A stretch of DNA of 64,000 nucleotides. It comes from Conexivisphaerales archaeon. GTDB taxonomy: Archaea; Thermoproteota; Nitrososphaeria; Conexivisphaerales; DTJL01. How positions within the stretch are numbered: the first letter of the stretch is position 1; each line of letters opens with the position of its first letter. Positions 17,828 to 26,373 of the stretch are shown one piece after another. The translations under genes were made by a program, and so were the position numbers. The notes below the pieces were generated by a model. It saw nothing but the letters and a program-made list of their open reading frames with translations, was not told the origin of the DNA and did no database searches. The DNA lies in the NCBI GenBank assembly GCA_049509455.1, contig JBEKZX010000001.1:47516-111515 (forward strand), in the 5' to 3' direction.

Positions 17828-19210
17828 TTGGACAACCTTAAATCTCAGATGAAGCCAATTTATTTTGAGTGTCTACCGTTGGGAGAAAAACAAGATGTCA
17901 ACAAGCCCTATGAGCTGGCGGTCAAATATGCGAAATACTACGGTGGAAAGGTCGAAGTCGTCCCCCGTGTTCCCGTCACCTCGCTGAAGGATTTTGGGGT
18001 GTGGTACACGCCTGGCGTGGCTCAGGTCTCGAAGGAGATATTCAAAGACAAAGGCCTCTCCTTTGAGTATACCAACCGTTGGAATACGATCGCCATCCTC
18101 ACCAACGGGACCAGGGTCCTCGGCCTGGGCGACATCGGCCCGGAGGCTTCGGCGCCTGTGATGGAGGGGAAGGCTCTAATATTCAAGTACCTAGGAGGGG
18201 TCGACGCCTTCGCCCTTCCCATCAGAGTCCCAGACAAGGAACGTTTCGTCGATGTGGCGAAGGTCCTCGAGCCGGCCCTGGGCGGCATCAACCTCGAAGA
18301 CATCAGACAGCCCGACTGTTTCTACATACTGGAGAGATGCAGGAGGGAGATGAACATCCCTGTCTGGCATGATGACCAGCAGGGGACCGCGGCTGCCACC
18401 GTCGCTGGGTTAATCAATGCCGTGAAGGTGGTCGGCAGGAAGATGGCCGACGTCTCGGTGGTCTTCCTCGGTGCGGGTGCTGCCAACATCAGCAACGCGC
18501 GCCTGGCCATGACCGCCGGCGTCGACCCGAAGAAGATAATCCTCGTGGACAGCAAGGGCATCCTGCAGCCCGAACGCGAGGACATTGACAAGATTGCCCT
18601 GCAGAACCCCTGGAAGTACGAAATCACGCTCAAGACGAACGGCGATAAGAAGAAGGGCGGCATCTCCGACGCGCTGAAGGGAGCGAACGTCCTGATTGCC
18701 GCCGCCACCCCAGGCCCCGACGTCGTGAAGACCGAGTGGATCAAGAGCATGGAGAAGGATTCGATTGTGTTCGCTATGGCGAACCCCGTGCCCGAGATAT
18801 GGCCCTGGGAGGCGAAGAATGCTGGCGCCAAGATCGTCGCCACCGGCCGCAGCGACTTCCCCAACCAGGTGAACAATTCACTGGTCTTCCCCTCACTGTT
18901 CAGGGGCGTCCTGGACATCAGGGCTAAGACCATCACCGACGAGATGGCCGTCGCCGCCTCAATCGAGCTGGCGGAGTTCGCCGAGGAGGGAGGGCTCAGC
19001 GAAGAGCGCATCGTCCCCAAGATGACCGAGTGGGAGGTCTATCCGCGCGTGGCCACGGCGGTCGCCATGAAGGCCATGGAGCAGGGCATCACCAGGAAGA
19101 AGATGACTAGGAATGAGCTCATGGAGACGGCCACCGTCATGATATCCCATGCTAGGAACCAAATCGACGTGCTGATGAGGAACGGCGTAATACCACCTTT
19201 CCCGGAATGA
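17828..19210 (+). CDS. NAD(P)-dependent malic enzyme (oxaloacetate-decarboxylating malate dehydrogenase)
   Basis: Carries DFGVWYTPGVA, LGLGDIGPEASAPVMEGKALIFK, VWHDDQQGTA and the Rossmann motif FLGAGAA. An alternative ATG lies at 17849. Confidence 0.9.
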   Translation: MDNLKSQMKPIYFECLPLGEKQDVNKPYELAVKYAKYYGGKVEVVPRVPVTSLKDFGVWYTPGVAQVSKEIFKDKGLSFEYTNRWNTIAILTNGTRVLGLGDIGPEASAPVMEGKALIFKYLGGVDAFALPIRVPDKERFVDVAKVLEPALGGINLEDIRQPDCFYILERCRREMNIPVWHDDQQGTAAATVAGLINAVKVVGRKMADVSVVFLGAGAANISNARLAMTAGVDPKKIILVDSKGILQPEREDIDKIALQNPWKYEITLKTNGDKKKGGISDALKGANVLIAAATPGPDVVKTEWIKSMEKDSIVFAMANPVPEIWPWEAKNAGAKIVATGRSDFPNQVNNSLVFPSLFRGVLDIRAKTITDEMAVAASIELAEFAEEGGLSEERIVPKMTEWEVYPRVATAVAMKAMEQGITRKKMTRNELMETATVMISHARNQIDVLMRNGVIPPFPE

Positions 19211-19310
19211 GCGACGACGCAGGGAAGTTGCGAAGAGGCTCCTCATTCTACGCAAGGGAGGCTTCAGATCCCTCAGCGGTGCCCACGCCACGGCTATGAG
19301 ATGGGCGTCT

Positions 19311-20603
19311 CTAGAGGCGCTGGACCTTCAGCTTAAGGAAGTGCGTAGCGCATGATATGCACGGGTCGTAGTTCCGCACCGCCATTTCGCTTATCCTCCT
19401 GGCCTCAGCGGGAGGTGCTTCGATGATTCTCGGGGCCAGCTGCCTCACATCCTCCTCGATCCGCACCTGGTTTTGGGCCGTTGGTGGGACGATTTTCGCC
19501 TTCTCAATGTACCCCTTCCGGCTCACCTCGTAGCTGTGGTAGAGGACCCCCCTCGGCGCCTCGCTCACCCCGAAGCCCGTTCCCTCGCGATACTCATAGC
19601 TCGAATAGGGATGAGCCGGTTTGGAATACAGCCTCACCTCCTCCTTGACCTGTTCTAGGGCGTGCACCAGTTCGAGCGCCCGGCCCACGATGCTCTTGAA
19701 TGGGTCGGTCACCGGTGACTTGAAGCCGACATCGTCCGCCAGCTCCCTGGCCTTCGGGCTGAGCTGGTCGAAGTTCAGGTTGACCCTCGCCAACGGCCCC
19801 ACCATGTATGACTCTCCCTCCCTGGTCAGGGAGCGGAGCGCATTAGAGTACTCCACCTGGTGTTCGACGAAATTATCCTCGTAAGCCGACGGAGCAATGT
19901 GGAGCCCTCTATTCGAGACGATGTCTCCGCCGGTGATCGCGTAGCGCGTGGACTCCCTTAAGCTCACGAAGGTCACGTCCCTTTCCAGCGCGGGAGCTTC
20001 GAATGAACTAGTGAGGCGGACGGCCTCTTCAGCGAAGCCCTGTAATGTCTCCAGTTTCAAAAGCGACCCAGCCAAAGACTCTCTCTCAGGTGCCTTGTAT
20101 ATCCCTCCCAGTTTCAACGATACCGGGTGCACCTCCCTTCCGCCTATCACCGCCATCAGGCTGTTCCCGAGGTGTTTCAGAGAGAGGGCCTTGTTGACGA
20201 GGTCCGGCTTCTGCTTCGCTAGGGTCATAGCGTCTGGAACCCTGAGGAAGTCCGGGGCGGCCAGCATGAACACGTGGAGGGCGTGGCTTTCTATCCATTC
20301 GCCTAGGTAGATGAGCCGCCGCAGCCGCTGCACCTGCTCATCTATCTCCACGCCGAAGAGCCCTTCTAGGGCGTTCAGAGCACTGATCTGGTAGGCCACG
20401 GGGCAGATGCCACAGATCCTGGATACTATATCCACCACCTCTTCGACCTTCCTCCCTTGCAGGAAGGCTTCATAGTAGCGCGGTGGCTCGAACATGTTCA
20501 GGCGGACGTCTAGGACCTTCCCGCCCTCGCTCTCAATCGTGAGAGAACCCTCGCCTTCGACCCTGGCGAGAGGACCCGTGTCCACGACAAGCCTCTTAGT
20601 CAA
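19311..20603 (-). CDS. hydA: [NiFe] hydrogenase large (alpha) subunit, cytosolic group-3b-like
   Basis: Has the N-terminal RICGICPVAY (RxCGxC) and the C-terminal DPCISCATH followed by a 9-aa tail. The 430-aa size matches sulfhydrogenase alpha. The TTG start overlaps the end of hydD. Confidence 0.9.
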   Translation of the reverse strand: MTKRLVVDTGPLARVEGEGSLTIESEGGKVLDVRLNMFEPPRYYEAFLQGRKVEEVVDIVSRICGICPVAYQISALNALEGLFGVEIDEQVQRLRRLIYLGEWIESHALHVFMLAAPDFLRVPDAMTLAKQKPDLVNKALSLKHLGNSLMAVIGGREVHPVSLKLGGIYKAPERESLAGSLLKLETLQGFAEEAVRLTSSFEAPALERDVTFVSLRESTRYAITGGDIVSNRGLHIAPSAYEDNFVEHQVEYSNALRSLTREGESYMVGPLARVNLNFDQLSPKARELADDVGFKSPVTDPFKSIVGRALELVHALEQVKEEVRLYSKPAHPYSSYEYREGTGFGVSEAPRGVLYHSYEVSRKGYIEKAKIVPPTAQNQVRIEEDVRQLAPRIIEAPPAEARRISEMAVRNYDPCISCATHFLKLKVQRL

Positions 20604-21363
20604 CTGTCTCCAACCACCTTCTGAACTCCTTCGAGTACGAGTTTATCCCCTTTACAAGCAGCTTGACGGCGGAAAGGTCGATGCCGCTCTTCTCGAGCCA
20701 GGAGGCATAGGATTTCAGGTTGACGTCGTCTGACGGCCCGAAGCAGCCGTAGCAGCCCCTGCCGAACGAGGGGCAGATGGCACCGCAGCCGTCCACCGTG
20801 GCAGGTCCCATACAGGGCGTCCCGTTGGCCACCACTACGCAGACGGTCCCCTTCCTTTTGCACTCGAAGCAGACGGCATTGGCGGGTAGCCTCGGCCTGG
20901 CGCCTCGGAGCACCGCCGAGAAGAACTGCAGCAACTGCACCTTGCTGATCGGGCAACCGCGAAGCTCGAAGTCCACCGCAACGAAATCACTGACCGGCAG
21001 CGCCTTCTCCAAGGAACGCACTATCTTCGGCTCCGGATAGACCGCCTCCTTAAAGATGTCCAGCCTGCTCCAGTTCCTCAGAGCCTGCAGCCCGCCTGCC
21101 GTGGCGCAGGCGCCTATGGTGACCAGCATCCTGGAGTCCTCCCTAACACGCAGGATCTTCTCCACCTCGTCCGGCGTGGAGATGGAGCCCTCGACGAGGG
21201 CCACGTCGTAGGGTGCGCCGGCCGAGGCGCTGGTGGCCTCCAGGAAGTCGCAAATCTCCACGCTGTCAGCAATTGCCAGAAGCTCATCTTCGGCGTCCAA
21301 TATGGAGAGCTGGCATCCGTCGCACGACGAGAACTTGAAAACTCCCAGCCTGGGCTTCGCCAT
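20596..21363 (-). CDS. hydD: [NiFe] hydrogenase small (delta) subunit
   Basis: N-terminal FKFSSCDGCQ, the proximal-cluster Cys pattern GACATAGG and a distal Cys-rich C-terminal half. It is 255 aa, as in group-3 enzymes. Confidence 0.85.
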   Translation of the reverse strand: MAKPRLGVFKFSSCDGCQLSILDAEDELLAIADSVEICDFLEATSASAGAPYDVALVEGSISTPDEVEKILRVREDSRMLVTIGACATAGGLQALRNWSRLDIFKEAVYPEPKIVRSLEKALPVSDFVAVDFELRGCPISKVQLLQFFSAVLRGARPRLPANAVCFECKRKGTVCVVVANGTPCMGPATVDGCGAICPSFGRGCYGCFGPSDDVNLKSYASWLEKSGIDLSAVKLLVKGINSYSKEFRRWLETVD

Positions 21364-21366
21364 GGC

Positions 21367-22197
21367 CTACACCCCCTCCTTCGCGAAGAACCTCTTCACC
21401 ATGGGGTAGGCGAAGATGGGCCCGTCCTTGCAAATGAACACCGGCCCCATCTGGCAATGGCCGCAGGTTCCGACGCCGCAGCTCATGTGCCTCTCAAGGG
21501 AGACGAAGATATTGTCCTGAGGGACCCTGCGCCGGAGGAGTTCCTGCACTGTAAACTTCATCATTATTTCGGGCCCGCAGACAAAGGCCATGGCTTCTTC
21601 GGCCAAGACGTCCACCTCCTTGAACAAGGTCGTCACTACGCCGACGTTCTTCGACCAACCCTCTTCGGCCCTGTCCACGGTGGTAAGGAATTGGCCTCCT
21701 TCCCTTTTGCTCCAGCTTGCGTGCTCGTACTTGTAAAGCAGGTCCTTCGGGGTCCTAGCACCGTAAAGTATCTTCACACCTTTGAAGCTGTGGGCGGAAG
21801 CAAGGGCATCCAGGATGACCGGGCGCAAAGGCGCCAGCCCCAGCCCTCCGGCGATAATCAATAGCTCCTTTCCATGGCTGCGCTCTACTGGCCACGAAGA
21901 GCCGAATGGGCCTCGCAGCCCTAAGACGTCCCCCATCTTCAGCCTAGAGATGAGCATGGTCACAGCGCCCACGGAGCGAATCGTATGTTTAACCGTCTTC
22001 TCGCTGCGGGACGACGCGATGGAGATGGGCACCTCGCCTACTCCATAGACGTAAAGCATGTTGAACTGGCCCGGCTGGAAGTCGGCCGGCCCCCTTCCAT
22101 CTGATAGCTCAAACGAAAAGGACAACGTGTCGGGGGTTTCAGGCACTATCTCCTTGACGACGGCCTGCGTGTATGTGAGCGCCAGGGTTTCAGGCAA
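21367..22197 (-). CDS. hydG: hydrogenase gamma subunit (FAD/NAD(P)-binding, 2Fe-2S)
   Basis: Ferredoxin-NADP reductase-like fold with the C-terminal CGVGTCGHCQMG. I place the start at TTG 22197, with GGAGGTG 7 nt upstream and an 8-nt overlap with the hydB stop. The longer ORF to 22272 is Arg-rich and overlaps hydB. Confidence 0.8.
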   Translation of the reverse strand: MPETLALTYTQAVVKEIVPETPDTLSFSFELSDGRGPADFQPGQFNMLYVYGVGEVPISIASSRSEKTVKHTIRSVGAVTMLISRLKMGDVLGLRGPFGSSWPVERSHGKELLIIAGGLGLAPLRPVILDALASAHSFKGVKILYGARTPKDLLYKYEHASWSKREGGQFLTTVDRAEEGWSKNVGVVTTLFKEVDVLAEEAMAFVCGPEIMMKFTVQELLRRRVPQDNIFVSLERHMSCGVGTCGHCQMGPVFICKDGPIFAYPMVKRFFAKEGV

Positions 22198-23314
22198 CCT
22201 TGACCACCTCCGGGAGCGGCCTCTTCTCTCCCTGCGTCCTGAGAACCCTGTTAACCGTGTCGGAGATGTCAATCCCCACCGGGCACCAAGTGATGCACCT
22301 GCCGCATCCGACGCAGCCGTAGAGCTTGAACTGGTCCGGCCAGTAGGCGAACTTGTGCATCACGAACTGGCGGTAGCGGGCCTTCCTCTCCAGGCGTGGG
22401 TTCCCGCCAGCGCTGTAGGTGAAGTTCTTGGAGAGGCAGGAGTCCCAGACCCTCACCCTGGTAACGCTTCCGTCTTTCAGGTCCGTGGCGTCCTGGAGGA
22501 TGTTGCAGAAACACGTGGGACATACCATGGTGCAGTTGCCGCAGCTCAGGCATCTCTGCGCCATCTCTTCCCATATCGGGCTCTCCAGCCCCGTGTACAT
22601 GAAGTCGGAGGGGTTCTCCCTGTCGATCCTCTTGTGCATATCCTTGCTCACCTTGCGGATCAGGTCCCGCTCCTGGTGTAGCTCCTCCGGCGTGGCAGGC
22701 CACATCTCAATTCCCTCCATCAGGCTCATCCTTCCTTCAGTTACGTCCACGAGGATCTTGTCAGGTAGCTCGGTGATGGCGAGGTCGTAGCCGCCCTTCG
22801 CCTTCGGGCCCGTCCCCATGGAGGCGCAGAAGCAATTCTCTCCTGCCCTGCCGCAGTTGACCACGATCGTTAACGACACCTTCCTGAGAGGCGTGTACAC
22901 CGGGTCCTTGTACTGCTCCATCATGAGCGCCCTGTCGAGCACTTCGACAGCTTTCAGATCGCAGGGTCGGAGGCCTAGGAAGGCGTACTTCTCTTCAGCC
23001 CGATAGACCGACTCCACCTTCAGCCCGACCCGGTCCTCCTTGAGCGTCACCATCGGCACGGAGCTCGGGTGAAGGAACTTCTTGGCTGACTGGGGGCCGT
23101 TCACCGCGGAGAATACGAACGGAGACGGTCCTTCCACCCTATACTTGCCTGGGGCCTGGACGTCCACCACGCCCGATGCCAGGTCCCCGAACGCTTCTAT
23201 CTCCTTGAGGCAGACCGCGCCGTCTTCGAGCTTGGGGCCTATCACGGTATAGCCTAGGGAACGCAGGTTGGAGATCAGCCTCGAAAGGGCTTCTCGCTTT
23301 GCGACGTATTGCAA
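22190..23314 (-). CDS. hydB: hydrogenase beta subunit (4Fe-4S ferredoxin-type)
   Basis: Two Cys clusters, CLSCGNCTMVCPTCFC and CVGCGRCITWCP. The gene order beta-gamma-delta-alpha matches P. furiosus sulfhydrogenase. The start is TTG. Confidence 0.8.
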   Translation of the reverse strand: MQYVAKREALSRLISNLRSLGYTVIGPKLEDGAVCLKEIEAFGDLASGVVDVQAPGKYRVEGPSPFVFSAVNGPQSAKKFLHPSSVPMVTLKEDRVGLKVESVYRAEEKYAFLGLRPCDLKAVEVLDRALMMEQYKDPVYTPLRKVSLTIVVNCGRAGENCFCASMGTGPKAKGGYDLAITELPDKILVDVTEGRMSLMEGIEMWPATPEELHQERDLIRKVSKDMHKRIDRENPSDFMYTGLESPIWEEMAQRCLSCGNCTMVCPTCFCNILQDATDLKDGSVTRVRVWDSCLSKNFTYSAGGNPRLERKARYRQFVMHKFAYWPDQFKLYGCVGCGRCITWCPVGIDISDTVNRVLRTQGEKRPLPEVVKVA

Positions 23315-23498
23315 GGCTCGCTCAGGGCTTTCACCGTCTCCCCAGCCTAAGAAGATTTGTCATGGAGGACCAATGGGACGGAGCCCGTCTTGGCACGCAT
23401 AAACCCACGAAGAGAATTATAGTATATATTTTGTGGGAATATTGTCAGGTTTTTGGGTATTTTACAATGGTTCATGGAGCGATGAAAGGCGGAAGGAT

Positions 23499-24365
23499 CT
23501 ACCCAGGGGGAATGCCGAGCTTCTCACGTATCGCCTGGCTCTTCTCGGTCGCCTCCATCACGGCTCGCATGAGCGCCTGCCTAATCTGGCTGCCCTCTAG
23601 CTCGTAAATGGCTTCGATAGTGGTGCCGCCCGGCGTCGTGACCATGTCTTTGACCTTCGCGGGGTTCTCCTTCAGCTCGAGCACCAGCTTCCCCGTTCCA
23701 AGAACCGTCTGGGCGGAGCTCATTAGGGCCAGGTCCCTGGGCAGGCCCACCCTCAGCCCCGCGTACATCAGCCCCTCTATGATGATCGAAAGGTAGCCGG
23801 GGCCGCTCCCGCTCAGGGCGGTGATGGCGTCCATATGCCTTTCCTCCACCTCGGCGCAGATGCCGAACTCCTGAAACAAGCCGTGGACAAGCTTCCTGTC
23901 CTGCGCCGTCACACCTTCTCCGCAGCAGTATCCTGTGAACGACTCGCCGACCAGCACGGCAACGTTGGGCATGGCCCTCACGAACCTGGCTCCCGGGACG
24001 AGCTTCGCGTAGAAATCTAGGGGGACGGTCGCCGCGGTCGAGATCACCAGCTTCCCCGCCAACTCCCGGGACATCTCCTTGAGCACCTTCGAGGCGTCGG
24101 CAGGCTTGACGCAGAGGAAGACGATGTCCGCTTCCCTTGCGGCCCTCCTATTGTCCGAAGTGACTTCAGCGCCCAAGGCTTCAAGTTCACTGGCGTTCTT
24201 GACAATCCTTCTGGTGGCGAGGACCCTCCTTCCCTTGGCGCTTAGAAGGCTCTTCGCTATGGCCCCTCCGATGACCCCTGCGCCAATGACGGCGACGGTC
24301 TCACGTTTTCTAGCCTTTCCGAGTCTTGAGCTCAACTGAACGTTCCCCTGCGTCTCGCCTTTCAT
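23499..24365 (-). CDS. proC: pyrroline-5-carboxylate reductase
   Basis: Rossmann motif VAVIGAGVIGGAI, and a C-terminal TTPGGTTIEA motif typical of ProC. Confidence 0.85.
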   Translation of the reverse strand: MKGETQGNVQLSSRLGKARKRETVAVIGAGVIGGAIAKSLLSAKGRRVLATRRIVKNASELEALGAEVTSDNRRAAREADIVFLCVKPADASKVLKEMSRELAGKLVISTAATVPLDFYAKLVPGARFVRAMPNVAVLVGESFTGYCCGEGVTAQDRKLVHGLFQEFGICAEVEERHMDAITALSGSGPGYLSIIIEGLMYAGLRVGLPRDLALMSSAQTVLGTGKLVLELKENPAKVKDMVTTPGGTTIEAIYELEGSQIRQALMRAVMEATEKSQAIREKLGIPPG

Positions 24366-24559
24366 ATAAGCTTGTCCGCTTCGAGCGCCACTCGGGCCAC
24401 TTGATCATTCAAACTCTTAGGGGCGAGGACGCAAGGGTTCGGGCACAGACCGATATCCATTCTGATCTGACCGGGCCGGTCAGGGGAAAGAGGACAACGT
24501 TATTAGATGTCTGAAGAGAGAAGAGCGCTTCGCGATTGAACAGGCCGTCTGCCGCCATT

Positions 24560-24796
24560 ATGGTTGACGTCAGGGATCAGCCCTGCCCAAACCCCATGCT
24601 CATCGTCAAGAAGGCCATGCGGACTGCCCAGGCCGGTGAGCTCTTCGAGGTGATTGTGAACGACCGGCTCGCCAAGGAAAACGTTTTGAGCTTTTGCTGG
24701 AACCGAGGAGAGGAAGTCATGAATTCTTGGGAGGACGAAGTTGACTTCCACCTGCTGATCAGGAAGTCCTCTACCCGGAATCCTAATCGGGGCTAG
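24560..24796 (+). CDS. TusA/SirA-like sulfur-carrier protein
   Basis: MVDVRDQPCPNPMLIVKKAM matches the TusA CPxP active-site motif. The ORF opens at 24536, but the ATG at 24560 fits family N-termini. Confidence 0.7.
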   Translation: MVDVRDQPCPNPMLIVKKAMRTAQAGELFEVIVNDRLAKENVLSFCWNRGEEVMNSWEDEVDFHLLIRKSSTRNPNRG

Positions 24797-24879
24797 CCGT
24801 TCCGACGATTAAGCATCGCCAATCAGAAACAACAAGAAAGAACGCATGTGTGGACAGGTATGTCTCTCGCTTCGCAGGC

Positions 24880-25230
24880 TTAGGCACGCGCGGCCTTGGC
24901 GTGTTCCTTGTAAGCTTGGGCACAGGCCTTCGCATGGAAGGGAAGCTCTTTCTTACCGATCGTTTCGACGTAGGGCTCATATGCTATGACGCCTCCGCAG
25001 AACGCGCACTTCCGCTCGCCGTAGGCGTCAGCGCAAGCCTTCGCATGGAACGGGAGCTTCTTCCCACCTATGGTCGTAAAGTATGGATTGTAAGCGATGA
25101 TTCCCCCGCAAAACGCACACTTCGGTTCTTTCGCCAATTCGCTTCGCTCTGGTATATCGCGGCTGAGCTTAAATACCTTTAGCCAGCTGTAGCAAATCTT
25201 CAAGGACGCATTACAGCCTTGCAAACTCAA
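24880..25230 (-). CDS. tandem TRASH/L24e-like zinc-binding repeat protein
   Basis: Two 37-aa repeats of KCAFCGG(I/V)IAY.PY..TIG.K.LPFHAKACA.AY, giving a C-x2-C-x20-H-x3-C pattern. The conserved part begins at TTG 25137 (MAKEPKC...), and the N-terminal 31 codons of the ORF are doubtful. Confidence 0.6.
   Translation of the reverse strand: MSLQGCNASLKICYSWLKVFKLSRDIPERSELAKEPKCAFCGGIIAYNPYFTTIGGKKLPFHAKACADAYGERKCAFCGGVIAYEPYVETIGKKELPFHAKACAQAYKEHAKAARA
24901..25122. repeat. internal tandem duplication (2 x 111 nt) encoding the two zinc modules
   Basis: The repeat units are 25012-25122 and 24901-25011. The encoded peptides match at 28 of 37 positions by my count. Confidence 0.8.
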
Positions 25231-25281
25231 ATTCGTGTTGTGGGCTTTTCCGAGACAGTAGGCAATCCACTGGAGGACTCT

Positions 25282-26019
25282 TCAGCTCTTGCCGATCCTC
25301 TGCTTAAGCTCGTCAATGATCTGGAAGCCGGACCACGTGCCAAGGATAGAAGCCCCGTCGTCTATCAAGCGCAAAGCCGTGTCCAGGTCCCTGATTCCAC
25401 CGGCAGCCTTGACTTGGACTTCTGAACTCACCGTGGTCCGCAGGAAGCGGATACCTTCATCCGTCGCTGGCCCTCCCGTCCCCCACCCGCTGGAGTTGGT
25501 TACAGCTGCCATTCCAGCCTGTTCGGCCAGCAATGCAGCCCTTATCCGCTCGTCGATGTTCAGCTGAGGAAGCTCCAAAGCCGCGATTACCGGCCTACCC
25601 TGCGCCGATCTCACTACCGCGGCCAGCTCTTCCCTGAATCTAGTGTACAGGCCGGATCTGAGGTAGCCCAGATTCGGCAGGTAGTCAAACATGTCTGCTC
25701 CAGCTGTAATCCCGCGTTCGACTTCAATGACCTTGGCCTCCATAGTAGAGCCGCCCAAGGAGTACCCAACGAAGACCGAAAGCTGTACGTCCTGTCCTTT
25801 GATTACATGCTTGACATCTTCCGCCCAGCAGCCCTGGATGGCAAGGGCACGGAATCCATATTCGGCTGACTTTGTCGCGAATGAGAGTATCTCCTGCCAG
25901 GACGCTCCGGGTGGGGAGAAGGAGCTATGGATTATCGAGCACAGCCTCTTCACTGAGGGCAATTCTCTGGTCGACAAGCCACTTGTCAAGTGGTTCGCCG
26001 CCTTCTCTTTAAAGAGCAT
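25282..26019 (-). CDS. DeoC/LacD-family aldolase-like TIM-barrel protein (divergent deoxyribose-phosphate aldolase homolog)
   Basis: It aligns by eye to DeoC (VGYSLGG, GADMFDYL, GGPATDEG, VKAAGGIRD...GASILGT). At the Schiff-base lysine position, FIKTSTG is replaced by AVTNSSG. Confidence 0.65.
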   Translation of the reverse strand: MLFKEKAANHLTSGLSTRELPSVKRLCSIIHSSFSPPGASWQEILSFATKSAEYGFRALAIQGCWAEDVKHVIKGQDVQLSVFVGYSLGGSTMEAKVIEVERGITAGADMFDYLPNLGYLRSGLYTRFREELAAVVRSAQGRPVIAALELPQLNIDERIRAALLAEQAGMAAVTNSSGWGTGGPATDEGIRFLRTTVSSEVQVKAAGGIRDLDTALRLIDDGASILGTWSGFQIIDELKQRIGKS

Positions 26020-26182
26020 GGGTCTGAAGCTTCATCCTTAGACATCTACAGTTCGGGGACAGGCGAACGCAGGGAATCGCCGGAGCGGCGGCGAAGCTGA
26101 GCGTTCAAGACCAGGGGAACAATCGACTCTGAGAAAGGAAGCTAGGCGGGCCTGGAGGGATTCGGACCCCCGACCTACTGGT

Positions 26183-26206
26183 TTCTCCGGCACCCGATCG
26201 GTGTCG
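26183..26206 (-). other. canonical 37/38 intron (24 nt) of tRNA-Lys(CUU)
   Basis: CGACACCGATCGGGTGCCGGAGAA lies between A37 and A38 of the anticodon loop CTCTTA|A. Confidence 0.75.
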
Positions 26207-26219
26207 TAAGAGCCAGCCG

Positions 26220-26236
26220 CTCTAGGCGAGGTCAAT
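26220..26236 (-). other. non-canonical 17-nt intron in the D-arm of tRNA-Lys(CUU)
   Basis: ATTGACCTCGCCTAGAG splits the 3' strand of the D stem (GAG|C). A repeated AGAG makes the junction ambiguous by a few nt. Confidence 0.65.
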
Positions 26237-26373
26237 CTCTACCTGGCTGAGCTACAGGCCCACAGCGATAGCGTTTTTTGTGTGGATTATTTAAGGCTTT
26301 GAGGCTGACCGCCGTCTGTCGAAGAATCAAACTTCAAACTTTAATTCAGGGCGCATGCGCCCGTCGAGTTATC

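Larger units (their letters stand above)
26147..26261 (-). tRNA. tRNA-Lys (anticodon CUU) with two introns (D-arm and 37/38)
   Basis: The exons give GGGCCTG-TA-GCTC-AGCCAGGTA-GAGC-G-GCTGG-CTCTTAA-CCAGT-AGGTC-GGGGG-TCCGAAT-CCCTC-CAGGCCC-G, a 74-nt mature tRNA. Its 5' half is nearly identical to the tRNA-Lys(UUU) gene. No full CCA is encoded. Confidence 0.8.

Noticed and set aside
22197-22272. The N-terminal 25 codons of the ORF-track version of the hydrogenase gamma subunit (MTSPTRLTGFSGRRERRGRSRRWSR...).
   Set aside because: They overlap the 3' end of hydB and are Arg-rich with no conservation. A TTG with a good GGAGGTG element at 22197 gives the family-typical N-terminus.
26038-26235. A 65-aa minus-strand ORF.
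   Set aside because: It coincides with the two-intron tRNA-Lys(CUU) gene.
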